From Sulfurihydrogenibium sp. (GTDB lineage: Bacteria > Aquificota > Aquificia > Aquificales > Hydrogenothermaceae): 13,877 nucleotides of DNA. Numbering within the stretch: position 1 is the stretch's first letter; each line of letters begins with the position of its first letter. The position numbers and the translations under genes were made by a program. This document shows positions 1-7,744 of the stretch, in pieces. The stretch covers positions 1 to 13,877 of the forward strand of contig JBBIPN010000035.1 in the NCBI GenBank assembly GCA_037442825.1. Direction: 5' to 3'. The notes beneath the pieces are model-generated. The model did no database searches and was not told where the DNA came from. It saw only the letters and a list, made by a program, of their open reading frames with translations.

Positions 1-2190
1 TTAGTTTATGATGCTTTCAACGATATTGTTGAGTTATCAAAAACCAATAATTATGCAAAGGAAGTTTTAGAATCTTGGGCAAATGCTGAATGGTTTTTAA
101 ATAAAGATCCAATTCCAGAAAAAATTGAAGTTATTGTATTTAAAGTACCGGGTGAGACAAACACAGATGATTTCTCTCCAGCTACAGAAGCATCTACAAG
201 AAGTGATATTCCACTTCATGCATTGAGTATGTTAAAAGCAAAAATGCCAAATGCTATAGAAAAAATAGCAGAGCTAAAAAAATCTGGTTATCAAGTTGCG
301 TTTGTTGGTGATGTTGTAGGTACTGGTTCAAGCAGAAAATCTGCAGCAAACTCTCTTATATGGCATATAGGTAGAGATATACCACATGTACCAAATAAAA
401 GAACAGGTGGTATAGTTATAGGTGGAATAATAGCTCCTATCTTTTTTAACACACTTGAAGACTCTGGAGCTTTACCAATAGAAGCTGATGTTACAAAACT
501 TGAAACTGGAGATGTTATTGAAATATATCCATATGAAGGAAAAATCGTTAAAAATGGGGAAGTTGTGTCTACATTTAGATTAAAACCAAATACACTTCCA
601 GATGAGGTTAAGGCTGGCGGAAGAATTCCATTAATTATAGGAAGAGGTTTAACAAGGAAAGCAAGAGAAGTTTTAGGTTTACCTGAAGAAAATATATTTA
701 TAAGACCAGAACAACCACCTGAAAAAGAAGGTATAGGTTATACTTTAGCTCAGAAGATGGTAGGAAAAGCTTGTGGAATGCCAGGTGTGAGACCAGGAAT
801 GTATGTAGAACCTCAAGTGTTAACAGTAGGTAGTCAAGATACAACGGGACCAATGACAAGAGATGAAATTATAGAACTTGCTGCTTTAGGATTTAGTTGT
901 GATTTTGTATTACAAAGCTTTTGTCATACAGCAGCATATCCAAAACCAGCTGATGTAAAATTACATCACACACTACCACCGTTTATAACTAGTAGAGGTG
1001 GTGTATCACTTAGGCCAGGAGATGGTATCATTCACTCTTGGTTAAATAGAATGGTATTACCAGATACTGTTGGAACTGGTGGAGATAGCCATACAAGATT
1101 CCCAATTGGTATATCATTCCCAGCAGGTTCAGGTTTGGTAGCATTTGCTGCAGTTACTGGAACAATGCCTCTTGTTATGCCTGAATCTGTATTAGTTAGA
1201 TTTAAAGGAGAATTGCAACCAGGAATAACAATAAGAGACCTTGTTAACGCAATTCCTTACTATGCTATTAAACAAGGTTTATTAACAGTTGAGAAGAAAG
1301 GAAAGAAAAACGTATTTGCAGGAAGAATATTAGAAATAGAAGGTCTTCCGTATCTAAAAGTAGAGCAAGCATTTGAATTTGCAGACGCTTCTGCTGAAAG
1401 AAGTGCTGCTGCATGTACAGTAAGATTAGCAAAAGAACCATTAATTGAATACATAGAATCTAATATAAAATTAATAGAAGCAATGATAGAAGCTGGTTAT
1501 CAAGATGCAAGAACTTTAAGAAGAAGAGCTGACAAAATGAAAGCATGGCTTGATAATCCAACGCTTTTAGAACCAGATGAAAACGCAGAGTATGCAGCAG
1601 TAATAGAGATAGATTTAAGTGAAATTAAAGAACCTATAGTTGCATGTCCAAATGACCCTGATGATGTTGCTACATTATCAGAAGTGTTAGCTGATGAAAG
1701 AAGACCTAAGAATATTGACGAAGTTTTTGTAGGAAGTTGTATGACAAATATTGGACATTACAGAGCTTTAGGTGAAGTATTAAGAGGAGAAGGTCAAGTT
1801 CCAGTAAGACTTTGGATAGTACCACCAACAAAGATGGATGAAAGACAACTTAGAGAAGAAGGATACTATGCAGTATACGGTCAAGCTGGAGCAAGAACAG
1901 AGGTTCCAGGATGTAGCTTATGTATGGGTAACCAAGCAAGAGTAAAAGATGGAGCTGTAGTTTTCTCTACAAGTACAAGAAACTTTGATAACAGAATGGG
2001 TAAAGATGCAAAAGTTTATCTTGGAAGTGCAGAGTTAGCTGCTGTATGTGGGATACTTGGAAGATTACCAACAGTTGAAGAGTATATGAATATAGTACCT
2101 AAAAAGTTAGCTGGTAAAGAAGATGAAATCTATAAATACTTAAACTTCCATCAAGTAGGTAAAGATGAATTGATATATCTAACAGTTTAA
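1..2190 (+). CDS. acnB: Aconitate hydratase B (bifunctional aconitase 2/2-methylisocitrate dehydratase family), 5' end outside window
   Basis: Frame is open from base 1 ([32 protein letters not shown]...[10 protein letters not shown]), so the TTG at 223 is internal. AcnB motifs: [35 protein letters not shown], and the Fe-S cysteines in CPNDPDD, GSCMTN and GCSLCMGNQ. Confidence 0.97.
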   Translation, partial: LVYDAFNDIVELSKTNNYAKEVLESWANAEWFLNKDPIPEKIEVIVFKVPGETNTDDFSPATEASTRSDIPLHALSMLKAKMPNAIEKIAELKKSGYQVAFVGDVVGTGSSRKSAANSLIWHIGRDIPHVPNKRTGGIVIGGIIAPIFFNTLEDSGALPIEADVTKLETGDVIEIYPYEGKIVKNGEVVSTFRLKPNTLPDEVKAGGRIPLIIGRGLTRKAREVLGLPEENIFIRPEQPPEKEGIGYTLAQKMVGKACGMPGVRPGMYVEPQVLTVGSQDTTGPMTRDEIIELAALGFSCDFVLQSFCHTAAYPKPADVKLHHTLPPFITSRGGVSLRPGDGIIHSWLNRMVLPDTVGTGGDSHTRFPIGISFPAGSGLVAFAAVTGTMPLVMPESVLVRFKGELQPGITIRDLVNAIPYYAIKQGLLTVEKKGKKNVFAGRILEIEGLPYLKVEQAFEFADASAERSAAACTVRLAKEPLIEYIESNIKLIEAMIEAGYQDARTLRRRADKMKAWLDNPTLLEPDENAEYAAVIEIDLSEIKEPIVACPNDPDDVATLSEVLADERRPKNIDEVFVGSCMTNIGHYRALGEVLRGEGQVPVRLWIVPPTKMDERQLREEGYYAVYGQAGARTEVPGCSLCMGNQARVKDGAVVFSTSTRNFDNRMGKDAKVYLGSAELAAVCGILGRLPTVEEYMNIVPKKLAGKEDEIYKYLNFHQVGKDELIYLTV

Positions 2191-2197
2191 GTTTTTT

Positions 2198-2228
2198 AAG
2201 CTGGGTGCTTTATATACCCAGCTTTTTT
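2198..2228 (+). terminator. Rho-independent terminator of acnB
   Basis: Stem AAGCTGGGT (2198-2206) pairs with ACCCAGCTT (2216-2224) and runs into a T tract ending at 2228. It starts 7 nt after the acnB stop codon. Confidence 0.85.
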
Positions 2229-2322
2229 AATAATTTATTGAAATTAAGATTTTATTTTATAGAAAAACAAACGAAATCTTAGTTTTAGGTAATGTTATCA
2301 AATTATTATTAAATTATTAATA

Positions 2323-2856
2323 CTATAAATATCTTCCAATTTCTTCTAAAAGTTCTAGTAAAACATTTTTTACACTTTCTTTATTTAATGATACTAAAGG
2401 TAAAACCTTAATTTCATCTCCTAAGTCTAAAGCTGTCCTTATATCATCAGGACTCCATGCACCTTTTAGATCTTGTTTATTACATCCTACAACAAAAGGT
2501 GCTGGATATCTTGATTCAAAATAGTTTATTATTCTTCTTGCTTCATGAAATGTAGCTGGATCTGTACTATCTACTAAAACAACAAGTCCAACCATTCCTT
2601 TACCAAGAATATCCCACATAAAATCAAATCTTGACTGCCCTGGTGTACCAAACAGATACAACACATGTTCATCGTCGATTTTAATTCTTCCAAAATCCAT
2701 CGCTACTGTAGTATATTCTTTCTTTTCTTTCTCTCCGGCTTTTGTAGTTCTCGCTTCTGTTTTTACAGTCTCTATCTCACTTATAGTATTTATAAACTGA
2801 GTTTTACCTGCTGCATAAGGTCCTGAAATGACAATTTTAATCTTCTTTTCCGACAT
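2323..2856 (-). CDS. Small Ras-like GTPase, MglA group 2/CvnD-like (ATP/GTP-binding protein)
   Basis: G1 GPYAAGKT, G2 region TTVAMDFG, G3 LFGTPGQ, RFDFMW, G4 NKQD; 177 aa. Lies downstream of a roadblock gene. Confidence 0.9.
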   Translation of the reverse strand: MSEKKIKIVISGPYAAGKTQFINTISEIETVKTEARTTKAGEKEKKEYTTVAMDFGRIKIDDEHVLYLFGTPGQSRFDFMWDILGKGMVGLVVLVDSTDPATFHEARRIINYFESRYPAPFVVGCNKQDLKGAWSPDDIRTALDLGDEIKVLPLVSLNKESVKNVLLELLEEIGRYL

Positions 2857-2857
2857 T

Positions 2858-3553
2858 TTATAACCCTTTAATCTTAGATATTATTTTATTTAACAGAACT
2901 TTTGTTAACTCAAAGCCTATTTTCCTTTCTTTTTTCCTCTCCCTTTGTATTATCCCACAAGCCAAAAATCCATATAGAGATCTCTTTACTAATAAGTCAT
3001 TTATTTTAGATAAAATAATAATATCAACAACTTTATTCTTTCCATCAATTAGATGTAATATTTTCTTTTCATAGTCTGTTAAAAAAGCTTTTTTTGCTAT
3101 CTCTTCATAATTTGGAGATTTTTCAAATACTAAATTTAAATCAGATATCTTTCTCTCTACTTCTTCTTCTGTAAGTTGTCGAGAGAGATACATTATTAAC
3201 TTTTCAAGAGGAATTTGGGTTTTTAGTTCTTCTGGATATTTTATAAAGCCAGAAGTAAATGAAAATTTACCTTCTTTTATACTTAGTAATACAGGTAATT
3301 TTGCAACCAATATATTGTAAACTTCATCAAAGGAAATATTTTCTTTTTTTAAAACAACATCAAATAGTGTATCTAAATAAACATAGAAAACTTTTTTAAC
3401 TTCTCTTATATATACTATATTACCTTCTTTAAAATAAACTGCATAGTTAGTATCATCCTTTTCTATTACAAGAATACCATCTTTTTTATCTTTTAGTAAT
3501 ACTTGAAATATATCGACAAAATTAAATACTCTAAGATCACCAGCTATCGCCAT
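2858..3553 (-). CDS. DUF4388 (PATAN-like) domain protein with probable C-terminal winged helix
   Basis: The N-terminus MAIAGDLRVFNFVDIFQVL..KKDGILVIE...VYFKEGNIVY and the later EGKFSF fit the DUF4388 pattern. LTDYEKKILHLIDGKNKVVDII...LYGFLACGII looks like a wHTH. Stop codon is 1 nt from the GTPase start. Confidence 0.8.
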   Translation of the reverse strand: MAIAGDLRVFNFVDIFQVLLKDKKDGILVIEKDDTNYAVYFKEGNIVYIREVKKVFYVYLDTLFDVVLKKENISFDEVYNILVAKLPVLLSIKEGKFSFTSGFIKYPEELKTQIPLEKLIMYLSRQLTEEEVERKISDLNLVFEKSPNYEEIAKKAFLTDYEKKILHLIDGKNKVVDIIILSKINDLLVKRSLYGFLACGIIQRERKKERKIGFELTKVLLNKIISKIKGL

Positions 3554-3560
3554 TTTTTTA

Positions 3561-3920
3561 TCATCCTAATTCTTGTTCAAGTTTTTTCACTGTTCTTTGA
3601 ATTTCCATTAAAAGTAATCCTAATTTAGCATTTACAGGTGCCAACACACCTAAAACTGCTATATCTTTTACACCAGTAAAAATTACATAACCTGAAGAAC
3701 CTTTAATATAAAGTTGCTCTAAATTTCCTTTTTGTAATTCAGACGTTACTCTCTCTCCAAGAGATAGTATAGTAGCTCCCATAGCAGCAACTCTGTCTTC
3801 ATCCGCTGAAGACGGTAAAACGGAAGCTATAGCAAGACCGTCAACACTTACTAAAACAGCACCTTCTGCACCTGAATCTCTCAGAAAATTTTCTAAAATT
3901 TCATTATACTTAACAGCCAT
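3561..3920 (-). CDS. Roadblock/LC7 domain protein (MglB-like GAP candidate)
   Basis: GAVLVSVDGLAIAS, DRVAAMGATILSLGER and LGLLLMEI are typical roadblock motifs. Start placed at the ATG at 3920 because GGAGG (3927-3931) abuts the 3926 ATG but is 6 nt from the 3920 ATG. Confidence 0.9.
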   Translation of the reverse strand: MAVKYNEILENFLRDSGAEGAVLVSVDGLAIASVLPSSADEDRVAAMGATILSLGERVTSELQKGNLEQLYIKGSSGYVIFTGVKDIAVLGVLAPVNAKLGLLLMEIQRTVKKLEQELG

Positions 3921-3933
3921 AACCATCCTCCAA

Positions 3934-4902
3934 TTACAAATTCAATAATATAACTTTCGTATTCTCTATAAAAGTTTCTCTTTTTTTTGCTTCTGGGATA
4001 TCTTCAGCTAAACTATGAATAAATTTTAACACAGAATATTTTGTAACATTGTATGTTTTAAAGAAATCTTCTTTTTTTCTTTTCATTATAAACTTACCAA
4101 ATGGCCCTATGACTTTTATAAATTCTTTTTCGATATTGTCTAATATTTCATTGATATTATCTACAGATTCTTGATGAGTAATTTCTTCTAAAGCTTCTTT
4201 TGTTTCTTTTAATTCCTCTTGGATATCTTGATTTTGAAGTAAAATCTCTTCTAAAGAAGGTATATCATTGAGGGATGTATTATCTTTACCAATCTCTTCT
4301 TTTACATTTAATATATCTTCTAAATTTGGTATTTCATTATCTACTTCTTTTGTTTCTTCTTTTAAAATTATTTCTTGATTTGATGATAAAACTTTTTCTA
4401 ACTCTGTTATCTCTTCACTATATGTTATCTCTTCTTTTTGCTTGCTTTTTTCTTTTAAATTTTCCTTAGATTTTACTATAAGCTTTTCTTCAGATTGTTT
4501 TTCTTCTTTTTCTTTTGGCTTTAAGTATATTTCATAGTGATCTAAGAAATCTTTTTCATACTTTTTTAAATCTTTAGCTAAATCTTGAGCACCTACTTTA
4601 AGGAGTGAAAAGTTAGGTTTACCTAATTTGATAATTCCAATGGCAATATCTGGAGATAAATAATAAACCATAATAGCGTAATCTTTACCTTCTGACAGTA
4701 AAAATTCTGCATTAAAATTTTTTATAGCTTCATTGATCTCTAAAGACTTTTCAACTAATCTTGAAAAATAATCTTCTAATCTTTCTGATTTATGTATATG
4801 TCTAGATGTTAAAATTTTCCCTTTTATAAAAATACCTATAAACTCCAAATTTAGATCAGTAAAAGTCTTATTTAAAAGATTATTTATTGTTGTTAAATCC
4901 AT
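3934..4902 (-). CDS. Hypothetical protein: divergent roadblock-like N-domain, acidic linker and helical C-domain
   Basis: 322-aa ORF tightly packed in the operon. Residues ~1-114 align by eye with the neighbouring roadblock protein, ~125-250 are E/K-rich low complexity, and the C-domain carries FIKVIGPFGKFI...SLAEDIP..KKRETF. Confidence 0.75.
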   Translation of the reverse strand: MDLTTINNLLNKTFTDLNLEFIGIFIKGKILTSRHIHKSERLEDYFSRLVEKSLEINEAIKNFNAEFLLSEGKDYAIMVYYLSPDIAIGIIKLGKPNFSLLKVGAQDLAKDLKKYEKDFLDHYEIYLKPKEKEEKQSEEKLIVKSKENLKEKSKQKEEITYSEEITELEKVLSSNQEIILKEETKEVDNEIPNLEDILNVKEEIGKDNTSLNDIPSLEEILLQNQDIQEELKETKEALEEITHQESVDNINEILDNIEKEFIKVIGPFGKFIMKRKKEDFFKTYNVTKYSVLKFIHSLAEDIPEAKKRETFIENTKVILLNL

Positions 4903-4908
4903 AATAAA

Positions 4909-5277
4909 TTAAAGTTCACCTTTTTCTAACTTTTCCATTATTGTTTTCATACTTAATCTCATTCTTTCAAAAGAGTCAGCTAACTCTTCTAATTCATCTC
5001 CAGTTTTTTCTACTTTTATCTCATAATCTAAATTTCCCATGCTTACTTCTTTCATAGCATGAGATATAGATCTTAATTTTTTTATTATATTTTCTTCAAT
5101 TATCTTCCTTATTAAAAATACTGGTATTAAAAATAGTATTTGGGAGCCTATAATAGATATTAGAGCATTTATGGGATTTGAAGTTAAAAAGAAAACTAAA
5201 ACACCAACAAGTAATGCGCCAATAAAAGATCCTCCAAGAACTAAAAAAAAGATTCCATCAAGAACTGATTTCTTCAT
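4909..5277 (-). CDS. Two-TM HAMP-domain protein with no output domain
   Basis: Two hydrophobic helices (res ~8-31 and ~36-57) are followed by the HAMP pattern IIKKLRSISHAMKEVSMGNLDYEIKVEKTGDELEELADSFERM. RBS GGAGG at 5287-5291. Confidence 0.85.
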   Translation of the reverse strand: MKKSVLDGIFFLVLGGSFIGALLVGVLVFFLTSNPINALISIIGSQILFLIPVFLIRKIIEENIIKKLRSISHAMKEVSMGNLDYEIKVEKTGDELEELADSFERMRLSMKTIMEKLEKGEL

Positions 5278-5279
5278 TT

Positions 5280-5807
5280 TTATTTACCTCCGTATCCCTT
5301 ATATTTATTATCGTAAAATTTATTTTTAAACTTTAATAAAGTATACAATAAAATTGATCCAATTGCTATAGAAATTAAATTTAATATGCTGGAAATAGAA
5401 TGCAATGTTTTAAATTTATTTTTTAATAAATTAGCATTTGTAAAATCTTTTTCATCTAAATAAGAAAAATATTGTTGATTTATGGATTGTGCTAATGGAA
5501 GAATTGTCCTATCTTGTGCCATATTTATAATTACAAGTACAAATAAAAGGATTAAAAACCATTTAAAATCTTTTATAATTTCTTTATTTTTAAAAGATAT
5601 TATACCAGTTAAAGTGTAAATAGTTATTCCAGAAATCCACCAAATTTTAAAGTAGTATATAAAGTAATCATTAACTATTTCGCTTGCTGTTTTAACATCA
5701 TGAGAATGAAATATAGAAGGAGTGAAAATAAAAGTAAAGTAAAGGCTTCCCAAAATTAGAGAAGCCAGCAGTACAAAAATGCTTACAAATATATATTTAT
5801 ACCACAA
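5280..5807 (-). CDS. DUF4149/TMEM205-like 4-TM membrane protein
   Basis: Four hydrophobic segments, with FTPSIF, ILPLA and FKTLHSISSILNLI matching the family's F..LH..S..LN motif. TTG start overlaps the ndk 3' end by 11 nt. Confidence 0.65.
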   Translation of the reverse strand: MWYKYIFVSIFVLLASLILGSLYFTFIFTPSIFHSHDVKTASEIVNDYFIYYFKIWWISGITIYTLTGIISFKNKEIIKDFKWFLILLFVLVIINMAQDRTILPLAQSINQQYFSYLDEKDFTNANLLKNKFKTLHSISSILNLISIAIGSILLYTLLKFKNKFYDNKYKGYGGK

Positions 5808-6213
5808 TTTCTAATCCACTAAAGAAGAAAGGTATTTCATAAATTGCAGATTCTGGAGAATCTGAACCATGAACAGCATTCTCTCCAACATTTGTACCAT
5901 AAAGTTTTCTTAAAGTTCCCTCTTCTGCTTTAGATGGATCTGTAGCTCCCATTATCTCTCTTACTCTTGAAATAATATTTTTACCTTCCCATACCATAGC
6001 AACTATTGGTCCAGATGACATAAATTCACATAACTCATTATAAAATGGTCTTTCTTTGTGAACAATATAAAACTGTCCAGCCTGTTCTTTTGTTAATTTA
6101 AGCTTTTTTAAAGCTACTAACTTAAAACCTTCATCTTCAAATCTTGAAATGATTTTTCCTACTACATTTTTTCTTACTGCATCAGGTTTTGCTAATACAA
6201 GAGTTCTTTCCAT
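5797..6213 (-). CDS. ndk: Nucleoside diphosphate kinase
   Basis: MERTLVLAKPDAV, FYIVHKERPFY, GATDP, GTLR and the catalytic NAVHGSDS. True start is the ATG at 6213 with RBS GGAGG at 6220-6224; the ORF-track extension to 6279 runs through the promoter region. Confidence 0.97.
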   Translation of the reverse strand: MERTLVLAKPDAVRKNVVGKIISRFEDEGFKLVALKKLKLTKEQAGQFYIVHKERPFYNELCEFMSSGPIVAMVWEGKNIISRVREIMGATDPSKAEEGTLRKLYGTNVGENAVHGSDSPESAIYEIPFFFSGLEIVV

Positions 6214-6244
6214 TAGAAACCTCCAAATTATAGTTTTTAAGATT

Positions 6245-6253
6245 ATTATAACA
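6245..6253 (-). promoter_or_regulatory. Candidate extended -10 promoter for the ndk-GTPase operon
   Basis: Minus strand reads TGTTATAAT (TGn-TATAAT consensus), about 30 nt upstream of the ndk ATG. No good -35 box. AT-rich context raises the chance of a coincidental match. Confidence 0.5.
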
Positions 6254-6259
6254 TAAACA

Positions 6260-6289
6260 TTGTAAATATTGATTTTCAAATGTTAAAAT
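6260..6289 (+). promoter_or_regulatory. Candidate sigma70 promoter for the aldolase-fbp operon
   Basis: TTGTAA (6260-6265), an 18-nt spacer, then TAAAAT (6284-6289) preceded by TG at 6281-6282. An alternative TATAAT lies at 6297-6302. Confidence 0.4.
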
Positions 6290-6325
6290 ATTTTTATATA
6301 ATTTTTTATTAAAAAGGAGGGCAAT

Positions 6326-7744
6326 ATGGCTAACGTCTTATCTTCTTTAGAAGAAGTAAATAATAGACTGAAAGATGTAATAGAAATCTATGATGGAAGA
6401 GTTAGAATCTTAGACGAAGTTAAATTAAGAAATGAAGTGATTGATGATTTAATCTACACAGCTGTATTTTCAAAGGATTGCAATTTAAAGGAAGAAGTTA
6501 AGTATCTAATAAGAGAGATTGCTAATGAGTATGGTGCTATAGCTTCTTCAATACATGATTTATACATGGCGATGGGAAGAGGAGAAACAAGAGATTTTAC
6601 AACGCCAGCTGTAAATATTAGAGGTATGACTTATGATGTAGCAAGGAGAATGTTTAAAGTAGCTATAAAAAATGATATAGGTGCTATGATTTTTGAAATT
6701 GCAAAATCTGAGATAGAATACACATTCCAAAGACCTTCTGAGTATGCTTCTTGTGTATTAGCGGCAGCTATCAAAGAAGGTTATAAAGGACCTGTTTTTA
6801 TACAAGGTGATCATTTTCAGTTTAGTTCTAAAAAATATTTTGAATATCAAGAAAAAGAATTAAACGCAATAAAAGAACTTACAAAGGAAGCAGTAGATGC
6901 TGGATTTTACAACATAGATATAGATCCTTCTACACTTGTAGATTACTCGAGAGAAACACTAAAAGAACAACAGTACCATAACTATTTAAACACAGCAAAA
7001 ATGACAGACTACATAAGAGAAATACAACCAGAAGGTATTGATGTCTCAATAGGAGCTGAAATAGGGCATATCGGTGGTAAAAACTCAACTGTAGAAGAAT
7101 TTGAAGCATTTATGGAAGGATATTTAGAAACTATTAATAGAAAGCCAACAATATCTAAAATTTCTGTTCAGACAGGTACTGAGCATGGAGGTATACCTCT
7201 TCCAGATGGTACAGTAGCTAAAGTTAAGTTAGATTTTAATGTTCTTAAAGATATTGGTGAAGTCGCAAGGAAAAAATACGGTTTATCCGGAACAGTTCAA
7301 CATGGAGCTTCAACATTACCAGAGGAGTTATTTGATAAGTTTCCAGAAAATAGCTGTTCAGAAATACATTTAGCAACAGGATTTCAAAATATTATGTTTG
7401 ATTTAGCACCGCAATCTTTTAAAGAAGAGGTTTATAAATTTATAGAAGAAAACTTCAGAGATGAATGGAAAGATGGAATGACAAGAGAGCAATTTTTGTA
7501 CAAATCAAGAAAAAGAGGATTAGGACCATTTAAATATCAATGGTGGACTCTTGAAAACAAAAAAGAGATACTTGATGCTCTTGAGAGAAAATTTGAGTTT
7601 TTATTTGAAAAATTAAAAGTTTTTGGAACAAAAGAGTATACTGATAAGTATATTAAACTTATTAAAACTTCTTATGTAAAAGGTTCAACAAAAGAAGTTA
7701 AACAAAAAGCAGCAGACATAAAGCTTGAAGCAGGAGCTGATTAA
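6326..7744 (+). CDS. Class II (metal-dependent) fructose-bisphosphate aldolase-family protein, long form
   Basis: Class II motifs PAVNIR, FIQGDHFQ, IDIDPS, GAEIGHIGG, GTEHGG and VQHGAS. Strong RBS AAGGAGG. Upstream of fbp. Confidence 0.85.
   Translation: MANVLSSLEEVNNRLKDVIEIYDGRVRILDEVKLRNEVIDDLIYTAVFSKDCNLKEEVKYLIREIANEYGAIASSIHDLYMAMGRGETRDFTTPAVNIRGMTYDVARRMFKVAIKNDIGAMIFEIAKSEIEYTFQRPSEYASCVLAAAIKEGYKGPVFIQGDHFQFSSKKYFEYQEKELNAIKELTKEAVDAGFYNIDIDPSTLVDYSRETLKEQQYHNYLNTAKMTDYIREIQPEGIDVSIGAEIGHIGGKNSTVEEFEAFMEGYLETINRKPTISKISVQTGTEHGGIPLPDGTVAKVKLDFNVLKDIGEVARKKYGLSGTVQHGASTLPEELFDKFPENSCSEIHLATGFQNIMFDLAPQSFKEEVYKFIEENFRDEWKDGMTREQFLYKSRKRGLGPFKYQWWTLENKKEILDALERKFEFLFEKLKVFGTKEYTDKYIKLIKTSYVKGSTKEVKQKAADIKLEAGAD

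Noticed and set aside
1260..1454. 64-aa minus-strand ORF
   Set aside because: Antisense shadow inside the conserved acnB gene, with no recognisable motif.
2198..2228. Bidirectional use of the acnB terminator by the GTPase operon
   Set aside because: On the minus strand the stem is followed by A residues rather than a U tract, so this is not supported, though not excluded.
2229..2322. AT-rich intergenic stretch with short AAATTATTA repeats; possible sRNA or repeat array
   Set aside because: Low complexity, no stable structure and no regular repeat-spacer periodicity.
4275..4469. 64-aa Leu/Phe-rich plus-strand ORF resembling a membrane peptide
   Set aside because: Artefact of reading the A-rich Glu/Lys linker codons of the 322-aa gene on the opposite strand.
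2323..5807. GTPase cluster as a mobile island or defence system
   Set aside because: No integrase, transposase, flanking repeats or tRNA, and it is coupled to housekeeping ndk.
6214..6279. 22-aa N-terminal extension of Ndk in the ORF track
   Set aside because: Ndk family proteins start at MERT, the RBS sits at 6220-6224, and the extension covers the promoter region.
6568..6600. GGCGATGG resembling the 5' end of a fluoride riboswitch
   Set aside because: Lies within the aldolase CDS, lacks the pairing (GTTCGCC-like) strand and the downstream motif, and is 2.6 kb from crcB.
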